From a virus, in the IMG/VR virus record IMGVR_UViG_3300030060_008394, positions 11,594 to 75,593 of that record: a DNA stretch of 64,000 bases. One strand, 5' to 3'. Numbering within the stretch: position 1 is the stretch's first letter; every line of letters begins with the position of its first letter. The notes under the pieces are model-generated. The model ran no database searches. It saw only the letters and a list, made by a program, of their open reading frames with translations, and was not told where the DNA came from. Positions 19,645-29,800 of this stretch are shown one piece after another. The translations under genes were made by a program, and so were the position numbers.

Positions 19645-20310
19645 ATGGCATTAAAACTTAACTTGGTTGTAGAAAAACCTGATGTAAACGATGAATTCGA
19701 ATACATTGAAGAAGAAGTAGATAGAAATTCGCCTTCAAATTTATTCATAAAAGGTCCATATATGATGGCAGAAGGTGTTAATAGGAACAACCGTATGTAT
19801 CCATTAAAAGAATTAGAAAGGGAAACTGCACGCTATATGGAGGAAATGGTTACCCCTGGACGTGCAATGGGTGAGTTAAACCATCCAACTACTGCTGATG
19901 TTGATCTTGAAAGGGCATGCCATATTGTAACTGAGTTAACTCAAGATGGAAATATTTTTTATGGTAAATCTAAAGTTTTAACAACACCATGTGGTCAGAT
20001 AGTTAGGGCTTTAATTAACGATGGTGTAAAAGTTGGTATGTCTTCTCGTGCTTTAGGTACACTTGAAGAAAGCAGCGATCATAGTACAGTAAAAAACATG
20101 AAACTAGTAGCTATTGACTGCGTAGCAGACCCGTCATATCCAAAAGCTTTTGTTAATGGTATCTTAGAATCAAAGCAATGGGTTGTTGTTGGTGATGATA
20201 AATACGAGGAAGTATATGAAAATTTCGAAAAATCACTAAAAAGATTACCTAAAAAGGATGTAGATACCTTTTTACGTGAAAGAATTCTTAGCTTTATTAA
20301 ATCAATCTAA
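19645..20310 (+). CDS. gp21: Prohead protease (T4 gp21)
   Basis: NRNNRMYP, GELNHP, VGMSSRALG, DCVADPS..AFVNGILE; TAAATA at 19634-19639. Confidence 0.93.
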   Translation: MALKLNLVVEKPDVNDEFEYIEEEVDRNSPSNLFIKGPYMMAEGVNRNNRMYPLKELERETARYMEEMVTPGRAMGELNHPTTADVDLERACHIVTELTQDGNIFYGKSKVLTTPCGQIVRALINDGVKVGMSSRALGTLEESSDHSTVKNMKLVAIDCVADPSYPKAFVNGILESKQWVVVGDDKYEEVYENFEKSLKRLPKKDVDTFLRERILSFIKSI

Positions 20311-20321
20311 TAAATAATGTT

Positions 20322-20468
20322 ATGGGCAAAGAAAAATTAAAGATTATTAAGGTCATTGAGCATATTTCTAAGAAAAATTATGCCCAGGCACATAAATATT
20401 TAAAGAGCGTCATCGAAGATAAAATTACAAAAAGAATCGATCGCGCAACAGAAAAACCACTCTTTTAA
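20322..20468 (+). CDS. Small prohead core-like protein (gp67-like), 48 aa, absent from the ORF track
   Basis: Own translation: MGKEKLKIIKVIEHISKKNYAQAHKYLKSVIEDKITKRIDRATEKPLF; TAAATA 20311-20316 lies 5 nt upstream; fills the gp21-gp22 gap. Confidence 0.6.
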   Translation: MGKEKLKIIKVIEHISKKNYAQAHKYLKSVIEDKITKRIDRATEKPLF

Positions 20469-20470
20469 AC

Positions 20471-21322
20471 ATGAAGAAATCAGAAGCATTACCAGAACAG
20501 GCAGCAGGAGTTTTAACAGAAGATTCTGTAAAAGAAATAGAAACTGCTATTGAAGAAAAAATTCAGTTATCAGTTGAAGCTGCTTTAACGAATCAAGATG
20601 AGCTTTATGCAGAAAAACTTGAAGAGTTAGTAGGTGCAATTGATAAAGACCATACAGACAAGCTTAAAAGAGTTGTTGAAGCTGTTGATCATAATAACGC
20701 TAATAAGCTTATCACTGTTGTAAAGCGTTATGAGAGTGAGCTTAACGGTAGAGCTAATAAGTTTAAATCAACTTTAGTTGAAAGTATTTCAGATTATTTA
20801 GAAGAGTATATTGATGAAGCTATTCCAGCTCAAGCTATTGAAGAAGCAACTAAGAATAGAACATCTCGTGAAGTTCTTGCTAACTTAAGAAAAGTTCTTG
20901 CTGTTGATTCTTCTCTTATGTCAGAGTCAGTTAAAGAGGCAGTTGTAGATGGTAAATCGCAAATTGATCAACTGGCGCAGAAAGTTGCAAAGCTTGAGAG
21001 AGAGAACGGACTTCTTAAAGAAGCTTATACCAAGACTAAGGCTGATTTATTGTTAGAGTCGAAGACTTCACACTTAACTGGTAAGAAGAAGGAGTATATG
21101 TTACGTATTCTTAGTGATAAATCACCTAAGTTTATTGAAGAAAATTTCGAATACACTGAGAGACTTTTTGATAAAAAAGAAAAAGAGAGACTTAGTGTTA
21201 TTAAAGAAGAGGCATTTACACAGCGTAAGGTCAAAGCTGATGCCCCACAACCAAAACTTTCAGAGAAGAAAAAAGAGCCTACTAACCCTTATTTACAAGA
21301 GTTAAAAAGATCTCACAAATAA
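20471..21322 (+). CDS. gp22: Prohead scaffolding protein (T4 gp22-like)
   Basis: Acidic coiled-coil 283-aa ORF directly before the MCP; LVESISDYLE pattern. Confidence 0.8.
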   Translation: MKKSEALPEQAAGVLTEDSVKEIETAIEEKIQLSVEAALTNQDELYAEKLEELVGAIDKDHTDKLKRVVEAVDHNNANKLITVVKRYESELNGRANKFKSTLVESISDYLEEYIDEAIPAQAIEEATKNRTSREVLANLRKVLAVDSSLMSESVKEAVVDGKSQIDQLAQKVAKLERENGLLKEAYTKTKADLLLESKTSHLTGKKKEYMLRILSDKSPKFIEENFEYTERLFDKKEKERLSVIKEEAFTQRKVKADAPQPKLSEKKKEPTNPYLQELKRSHK

Positions 21323-21387
21323 TTTCAACCCTGAACAATGAGGTGCTTGTCACCTGAGTAACTTGGGACTAGATCCCATGAGGTAAA

Positions 21388-21394
21388 ATGAAAG
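21388..21394 (+). promoter_or_regulatory. Shine-Dalgarno site of the major capsid gene, preceded by two short hairpins
   Basis: ...atgaaaggaaacgtctaATG; upstream inverted repeats aggtg-cttgt-cacct and tggga-ctaga-tccca. Confidence 0.5.
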
Positions 21395-21404
21395 GAAACG
21401 TCTA

Positions 21405-22958
21405 ATGAATAAACCACAATCATTTATTGATAGAGATAGAGCAGATTCACTTCTTGAGAAGTGGGCACCTGTTCTCGAATACTCTTCCGATAGTGTGGCA
21501 CCCATTGAAGACGATCACACTCGTTTAAACACCGCTATTCTTTTGGAAAACCAAGAGAAGTGGTGTATCGAGGAAGCTAATACTGCTGGCAACGGCGGTT
21601 CTTTCGGAGATGGTGCGTCGATGAATAACATCTACAACCCTCCTGGAACTGTTGGTTCTGGCGACAATTATGCTCCTGGTGATGCTCGTCTTCCTAAAGT
21701 GCTCATCCCAATGATTCGTCGTACGTTCCCTGAGCTTATTACTAACGAGATTGTCGGTGTTCAGCCAATGTCCGGTCCTGTTGGATTGGCATTTGCTCTT
21801 CGCTATGCTTATCAGTCCGATACCCTTGGTAGCGGTATTGATGGCAAAGGAACCCGTCAAACTGGTGCAGATCCTGGATATATTCCAAATAGGGCCACTA
21901 CTACTGGTCCTGGTAATGTTCCTGGTCAGCACCCAAATCTCAGTGGTGGTAACCAGCTGTACTCCGGTGCAGGTGGTCTTCCTGGTGATGAGCTTGGATA
22001 CCAGCTTCTTGATACCCGCTTTACTGGATCGTCTTCGACCCGGTTGAGTGGTACCCCCGATGGGTCCTCTTGGACTTTCGCGGATCAGGATAAAGGTGTT
22101 GCGCAAATTCTTTCCGCTTTCGAGATTACTGGTAACATTCCTCAGGTTGAGGTTAAGTTCGAGAAGACCGCTGTTGAGGCCGGCACACGCCGCCTTGGTG
22201 CACGTTGGTCCGTCGAGCTTGAGCAAGACCTTAAGAACATGAACGGTATCGATATTGATGCTGAGATCACAAACGCTATGTCGTATGAGATTCAGGCTGA
22301 GATCGACCGTGAGATGCTCATGAGAATGATCCAGGCAGCTCTCGGAGCTGGACTGAACAAAGGATTCTCCATCTGGTCACCTGCTTCTGCAGATGGTCGT
22401 TGGATGGTCGAGCGTAACAGGGACTTCTATCAGCGTCTTATCATTGAAGCCAATCGTATTGCTGTACGTAACAGACGTGGAGCTGCTAACTTTATTGTTG
22501 CTACTCCTCGTGTTTGCGCCATCCTTGAGATGCTCCCTGAATTCCAGTGGGTACCTGTACAAGGTGATGTAAACACTCAGCCTGTTGGTATTGCGAAGGT
22601 TGGTTCAGTCGGTGGAAGATTCAACGTTTACCGTGATACCAGAACAGAGGTTCAGAACAATGCAGCCTACAACAACCCGAATGTTAGTGAGTACTCCGGT
22701 GCTACAGCTAACATCGAGTATGCGTTGCTTGGCTATAAGGGTCCTGAATTCTACGATACTGGTATCATTTATTGTCCTTACATTCCTGTCATGGTTCAGA
22801 GAACTATCGGTCCTAACGACTTCGCGCCACGTGTTGGCTTGCTTACTCGTTATGGTGTTGTTGACAACATCTTCGGAGCGGATCTCTACTACCATGTCGT
22901 GCTTGTTCAGGGACTTGGTACTGCGTTTACGCCAGCTTCTCAGTCGGTATACTTCTAA
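21405..22958 (+). CDS. gp23: Major capsid protein (T4 gp23)
   Basis: LENQE, VGVQPMSGPVGLAFALR, WSVELEQDLKNMNG.D...E...EI..EIDRE, YCPYIP, GLLTRYG. Confidence 0.97.
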   Translation: MNKPQSFIDRDRADSLLEKWAPVLEYSSDSVAPIEDDHTRLNTAILLENQEKWCIEEANTAGNGGSFGDGASMNNIYNPPGTVGSGDNYAPGDARLPKVLIPMIRRTFPELITNEIVGVQPMSGPVGLAFALRYAYQSDTLGSGIDGKGTRQTGADPGYIPNRATTTGPGNVPGQHPNLSGGNQLYSGAGGLPGDELGYQLLDTRFTGSSSTRLSGTPDGSSWTFADQDKGVAQILSAFEITGNIPQVEVKFEKTAVEAGTRRLGARWSVELEQDLKNMNGIDIDAEITNAMSYEIQAEIDREMLMRMIQAALGAGLNKGFSIWSPASADGRWMVERNRDFYQRLIIEANRIAVRNRRGAANFIVATPRVCAILEMLPEFQWVPVQGDVNTQPVGIAKVGSVGGRFNVYRDTRTEVQNNAAYNNPNVSEYSGATANIEYALLGYKGPEFYDTGIIYCPYIPVMVQRTIGPNDFAPRVGLLTRYGVVDNIFGADLYYHVVLVQGLGTAFTPASQSVYF

Positions 22959-23001
22959 TAGTACGCCGCTGATTAAGCAGCAGTCGATAGACACAACTTA
23001 T

Positions 23002-23037
23002 AAAAACGGTGGGACGAAAGTTCCACCGTTTTTTTTA
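23002..23037 (+). terminator. Intrinsic terminator after gp23
   Basis: aaaaacggtgggac-GAAA-gttccaccgttttttt: long stem with one G-U pair, GNRA loop, U-tract. Confidence 0.9.
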
Positions 23038-23090
23038 GCTTTATTATGCTTATTTTTCGAAAATAACGACATGTTTTAATAAATATTATT

Positions 23091-23867
23091 ATGGCAGCCA
23101 AAGACAACGCACCAATCATTTCATACGAGCATGGTTTTTATGCATCAAATACTGATCCAAATACCATGGGACCAACAATGGGATCTCCAAAAGTTGATCC
23201 ACCTAACCTTTTAAGTTTTGTACCTCCTGTACCAAATTGTGTTGGTGGTAATATAGCTACAAGATCCGGATTTGATACTTTATCTTCAGGAACGGTTCCT
23301 ACAGATACAGGGTCAGCGATAGTTGGAATTCTTTCATCTGGCTCCTATGGGCAACATTGGGGGTGTCGAGACGTAACAGGATCGCCGTCAATGTCTGCTG
23401 TAGCTGTCTTATGGACACTTCCAGGGGGACAGTCAATGAAAAACAACGCTGGTACTTATGCACAACGCGCTGCATCAGGTATTGCCGGTGTTGTAACTAA
23501 CCAAAACGGCTCTGGTAAAAACTTTGTACCTGGAAAATGTACTCGTAAGGTTCACTTAAGTACTGGATATATCGCGTCAGGTGTACACTCTCATCAACGT
23601 ACAACGACAATTCTAACGCACTTATCTTGCGCTATGGATCTTGCAGTTGTTTATGCTGATGGTACAACAGCAGGTTACTCTTTATCTGCTGATGCTTTAA
23701 TGAGAAATACCACCTTTAGTGGTAATGGTTATACCGGACATAAGGGCTTATCAGCAAGAGGTAAAACAAGGATTACTAATGCCGGTGCCGTAAGTGCTTC
23801 TGGTTATAGAACCTTTGATAACGTAGGACCTAATATCAGACGTTTAGTTGCTTTAGGCTACCGTTAA
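23091..23867 (+). CDS. Gly/Ser/Thr-rich late protein, candidate capsid decoration protein
   Basis: 258-aa ORF after the MCP terminator with its own TAAATA (23080-23085) 5 nt before ATG. Confidence 0.5.
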   Translation: MAAKDNAPIISYEHGFYASNTDPNTMGPTMGSPKVDPPNLLSFVPPVPNCVGGNIATRSGFDTLSSGTVPTDTGSAIVGILSSGSYGQHWGCRDVTGSPSMSAVAVLWTLPGGQSMKNNAGTYAQRAASGIAGVVTNQNGSGKNFVPGKCTRKVHLSTGYIASGVHSHQRTTTILTHLSCAMDLAVVYADGTTAGYSLSADALMRNTTFSGNGYTGHKGLSARGKTRITNAGAVSASGYRTFDNVGPNIRRLVALGYR

Positions 23868-23890
23868 TTGTTTTAGATAATTCCTAAAAT

Positions 23891-26800
23891 CTACTCTGAG
23901 GTATCTTCTTCAGTCTCCTCTGGTATATTATATTCAACACGTACTCTACCGTCTTCATCTGTAGTAGGGTTGTCATACATGTGAGGATCGTGTCTCTCGC
24001 CTAATACCATCCATGATACTGTAGCGGTGGAATCTGCTACACAGCTCTCAACCGTTAGTAGGTTGCCTGATACTGACCCTCTTACCGGATCCCAGTTAGT
24101 TTCATTTGTAGTAAACGTTCTAAAACATCTATTTAATGCGGTTAATGTACCTGAGGTCATACCGTGTTTATTGTCGATATTTACTGTAGCTTTACCAGCA
24201 GTTAATTCTACAACTCCACTATATATATTGTCTGCCTGTGGAGCCTCAACGAATGAGTGTGATAACCGCTTACTAGCAGACAACTCTGGTAATGGGTGCA
24301 CAATATCAAAACACCCGGATGATTTACTCAAAGTACCACATATATTAACACCATAACATGCTATTATAGATGGCGTACCGCAACCACACCCGCATGCACC
24401 TGCCCCACCGATAGTCAAGCAAGCACAGCTACTAGCTGATGTTCCTATACCGGCACAAGAAAAACAAGCTGTCCCACCACACACAGATGTAGTACCGCAT
24501 ACTGCAGGGGATCTTAGACATGTTGTCGCGCAATGAGTACCAGTAGTACATGAACCTCCACTTGTAGTTACAAACTTTTTAGAGTTATTGTGATATAAAT
24601 CAACACTACTGTTGCCACCAAATTTAGCAGCCATTTCGCCGCCTTGTACTTTTATATCGACATCATCAGCCCCTTGTACTACAACATCATCACCAGTACT
24701 GCAAATATATAAATCAGCAGTACCATTAACAATATAACCGTTACTTCCGTCATGGCATATTTTCAGATCATCATCATCACCAAGTCTCAAACAGTTACTA
24801 TCTTTTAAATTTAGATCTCCGTTAATATAAACAACTCCAAGGTTACAGTTACCAATAGAAACTGTATTATTACCGCAACCACAAGTGCAGTAACCTATTA
24901 CTGTTTCGTTTGTTGCCCCTGTAGCTGCAGATCTTGTACAAGCTCCTAAATATGTATTACAATCAGGAGAGCATATGCAACTACTTCCATTATTTTCAAA
25001 TGATCCGGCAGCTAAACCAATAGCAACGTTACAACCACCGTCATCATTATATCTTAAAGCAATTGATCCAACCACTGTATTACATGAACCGGTACTAGCG
25101 GAGTTTCCAGCGCAGGAACCAATATATATATTACAATGACCTGATACATTGCTATTTCCTGCACCGACGCCAATACCAACATTACAGCCTCCACATGTGT
25201 TGTTATAGAGTGCCGATTGACCAAGACCAACGTTATGTGAACCAGTTGTATTTTTTTGCAGTGTTTGATAACCTACAGCAGTACTACCAGATCCTGTTGT
25301 GTTGTCGCAAAGAGTAGCAAAACCTACAGCAACAAGATTGCCTCCGGTCTTACAACCAGATCCCCCTACAGCTTGGTATCCTAATGCAGTTATTCTACAA
25401 GCAAGACATACAAATCTACCTGTTTCCCAACCAATAAATACATTGCAATGTCCACTAGTAGTACAACCTGCACCATAACCTACACCAACGTTTCTAAATC
25501 CAGTCTGACGTGACATTGCATATGAACCTACAGCAGTATTTTCATTAGTTGTGCAATTGCAACATAGAGCTCTATACCCTACAGCTGTATTGCTGATGCC
25601 GGTTTCATTTTGGTTTAACGCACATGCGCCCACTGCAGTGTTACATGGAGCGTTACTCTCATACAAAGCTCTATATCCTACAGCTGTTTGACTAACACCT
25701 GTTATATTTGTAAATAAAGATTGACCACCAACAGCAACGATTTGGTCAGCTGTGGATCCATTATAGCCTGCAGCATAACCAATGCCAACGTTTAGACCAC
25801 AAGTATTATTTCTTAAAGCTGTACGACCTATCGCGACGTTGTAATCACCACATGTATTGCAATATAATGAAAAAGCTCCTATAGCAACGTTACAATCACC
25901 GCCTGCATTTGCATATGCAGCTGCATAACCAAGGGCAGTATTTTGTATACCAGTACTCTGATAAAGAGCATTACTACCTACAGCAGTATTATAAGCATTA
26001 CTAGTATTACAATATAAAGCTGCATACCCAACAGCAGTATTATTACCGTCACCAGTTGAAGCAAACTGCAAAGCACGCGAACCAATAGCAGTATTAGAAT
26101 TAGAAGTACTTGCATTTAACGCGCATATACCAAGAGCTGTATTATCATTATTACATACATTGCTTTGCAAAGCCTTATTACCTACTGCAGTATTACGAAC
26201 ACCGGTTGTATTAGCCGTAGCAGCACAAGATCCTACAGCTAGCAGGTCTCCTACGGTACTACTATACAGTGCTTTTGAACCTATAGCTACGTTAGAGTTA
26301 CCGGTGCAGTTACTATAACCAGCTTGGCAACCTAAAGCAACGTTACAATCACCCGTTGTATTACTATATGCAGCTCCACAACCCACAGCAGTATTACGTA
26401 AGCCTGTTGTATTAGCCCCTAAGGCAGCATTACCTACTGCTACGTTTTGATAACCACTGCAGTTAGCTAGCAGAGCCTGAACTCCCACAGCAACATTTTC
26501 ACCTCCATCAGTAGCAGCATTCAACGCTTGCAGACCGACAGCTGTATTAACAGCGGTGGTTTGTGCTGTTCCAGCCTGATATCCAATAAGAACACTACCA
26601 GTCGAGGTGGTGTTATGACCAGCACAGGTACCTATAGCAACATTACAATTGGCACCGCAACTCTCTTGCATTGCTTGCACACCTACAACAACATTATCAC
26701 TACCGGTAATATCAAGACCTGCATAAAAACCTATACCAATGTTATTATTAGTACACTCTACCTCAAATAAAGCTTGATGACCTAACGCGATATTATAACA

Positions 26801-29800
26801 ACCAGTGCAATTATTACACATTGCATAATAACCTTGAGCTATATTAGATTTACCGGTTGTATTATCTTTTAGTGAATTTTGACCTATAGCAATATTCCAA
26901 TCACCACTAGTATTAGCATTCAAAGCACAAAAACCTAATGCTGTATTATATTCACCTTCTGTATTGTTGCGTAAATTTCTAAAACCTATACCAATATTAC
27001 TATGACCACAGGTATTAGCTTTTAAAGTTTCCAAACCTACTGCAAAATTATAATTTCCTGTAGTATTGCTATTTAGCGTCTGCAGGCCTAGTCCAACATT
27101 ATTACAGCCACTAGTGTAGCCCTGACCTGAGCATAAACCTATACTAATATTACAACCGACTGTCTGTGGGCCGGACCCTGCACAAGCTCCTATCGATACA
27201 CTAAAGTTACCGGTAGTAGTACCACCACCGGCATTATTTCCCATAGCAATGTTTGCAGCCCCGGTAGTTATGCATTGGTTTGCTATACAACCTATACCAA
27301 TATTTTGATTACCGCATAACCCAGCTGCCGCTCCCATGTTAGCTCTATAACCAATACCTATATTATGCTGACCAGTTGATACATATTGAGCGGCTTCCTC
27401 CCCTATACCAATATTATTACATGACCCAGCTATATCTCTTACATTGCTGGAAGCCATCATTAATGCTCTACAACCTATCGCGACATTATTAGAACCAGAT
27501 ACGTTATAATACATACTTTGATAACCCACAGCAACATTCTTAGCACCATCAACATTACATATAAGAGGCTGAGACCCTACGCCCACATTTTTGCTTCCTG
27601 TAGTAGTACTACAATTAGCGCGAAAGCCAACAGCAACATTATCACAACTGGTTGTATTAGAGCAGAGAGAACATGTACCCACGGCAATATTGCAACTACC
27701 AGATGTATTACATAACATAGCAAAAGAACCTAAAGCTGTGTTATGTGCACCACCGGCATTGTTAATATAAAGAGCTGTATACCCTACAGAAGTATTACCT
27801 CCACCTGTTGTACCATAATTCTGAGATGCATAACCAATGGCAGTGTTATAGACACCTGATGTGTTACACGCTGCAGCATATGCTCCGAAGAATGAATTAC
27901 TGTTAGCAGTATTTTTTAGTCCTGCTAAATAACCTACAGCTGTATTATTTTCACAGGTTGTGTTACACATATGTGCTTGTGAACCTATAACAACGTTGTA
28001 GTTTCCTTCTGTATGTGCTAAAGCTGCGTTATAACCTACGGTAACATTCTGATCACCACATGTAGCATTCATTGATGCTTGATAACCTAAAGCTGTATTA
28101 AATCTTCCGGAAGTTATATCCTGTAAAGCGTCAGAACCTATTTTTGTGTTATATGTCTTATTATCACTACAATAACCACCACACTTGCTATGTGAGCTCA
28201 AAGAACCACATACAGTAAGTTTTTGATTTGGAACTGCTACACCTATACCAACATTACCAGCTGCTTCAACATGAATTCTATCAGTATTATCCGTCTTTAT
28301 TATAACATCACAAGCTGTACCAGTATAATTACCTGCTATAACCATGTCTTCATCATAAGATCGAACAACACCGTCATTAACTACAAGACATTTATTAAAA
28401 TAAAATCTACTTCGATCTGTACTAAAATGCATCCAACTACTGTTCTGTGGACCTATTTGAACATACCCATTAGGATTTGTAACTTGAAAAGAAGAACTTG
28501 TACCGTCTTTAAGATATAAACCACACGGGAATCGGAAGCATTGTGTAGCACTTATATCACCTACTACAGTTAGAGTTTCGTTTGGAATGTTTGTATTAAT
28601 ACCGACACATCCATTATGATCAATAACCATTCTTTGAGAAATATTTGACTCTGCAATTCCTGCGCCACTATTAGTTCCAAAAGAAAGTTTACCGTTTGCG
28701 CTTCCTGTTCTTATTGAACGAATCCACGCCCCATTATTGTCATAATTTTGAAATAAAATACCTGCGTTGCTGTTTGTCGTGCTGCTGCAATTAGTAATTT
28801 TGACTCCAGTGGTGTCGGATGTTGAATTATCTGAAGCTTCAACATCAAGTTTATTATCAGGACTTGTAGTTCCTATACCAACATTTGCGGTTCCAGGTAA
28901 TAAACCAATATCTCTATTGGTTGTGCAAATATCAAAATCTGTAGTACCCAAGTAACCTACACAAGCGTACATTGTACCACCATGCCCATAGGTTATCCAC
29001 ATGTCATCTGAATCAGTAGTATCGCATAAATTTAACGCTGCACTAGGACCGCATACTGTAATAGACTCTCCATTAACAACTAAATCATCTGTAATACAAA
29101 TATCCCCACTCGCGCTTATGTTACCTTTTACAGTTAATGCTTCATTTGGTGTGGTGGTATTAATACCTACTCTATTATTTGCTGCATCTGTAGCTAGAAT
29201 CTCATTACCATTATCTGCCATTATATGAACATCGACATCTGCATTGGTATTGTTAAGAACAATCTTACTAGAACTTGCGTCATATTTTAACGCAGACTTA
29301 CCACCAGCAACTAAGTTAACGAGATTTGTATCATATCGAAGATATGTATCACCGTCTCCATTATGATATAGGTACTCATTCATACCTATGTTACCAACAA
29401 CATCCAATGTATAAGTAGGGGTATCAGTACCTATACCAACTCTATCAGTTGATGCATCAGTAAATAACAGATTTGTCTCAGTATCCCCTTCAACTCTAAA
29501 GTCTACATTTGCTCCTTCTTCATTGAAAGTTATTTCACTTACAGTATCTTGAGTAAGGTCTATAAAATTAACACCACCGGCTTGAATATTAATATCGTCG
29601 TCTGTAAAATTAATGTATGTATCAGCATCTCCGTTGTGGTAGATGTATTGGTCAACACCTATATTACCAGCTACATCTAATGTATAATCAGGTCTATTTG
29701 TACCTATACCCACATTACAAGCAAAGTAACTATTCATTTGAGTAGCACTAAGACCACCACAAGCACTAACGTTCCCATGGACAGTGATTCCAGTACTCGT

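Noticed and set aside
21525-23079. Long alternative-frame and antisense ORFs over gp23 (233, 164, 129, 98 aa)
   Set aside because: Shadows of the strongly biased, stop-poor capsid gene; no promoter box, RBS or protein motifs
23868-23890. Terminator between the convergent 23091 ORF and the giant fibre (ttttag...ctaaaa)
   Set aside because: Only a 6-bp, nearly all A-T stem; too weak to call
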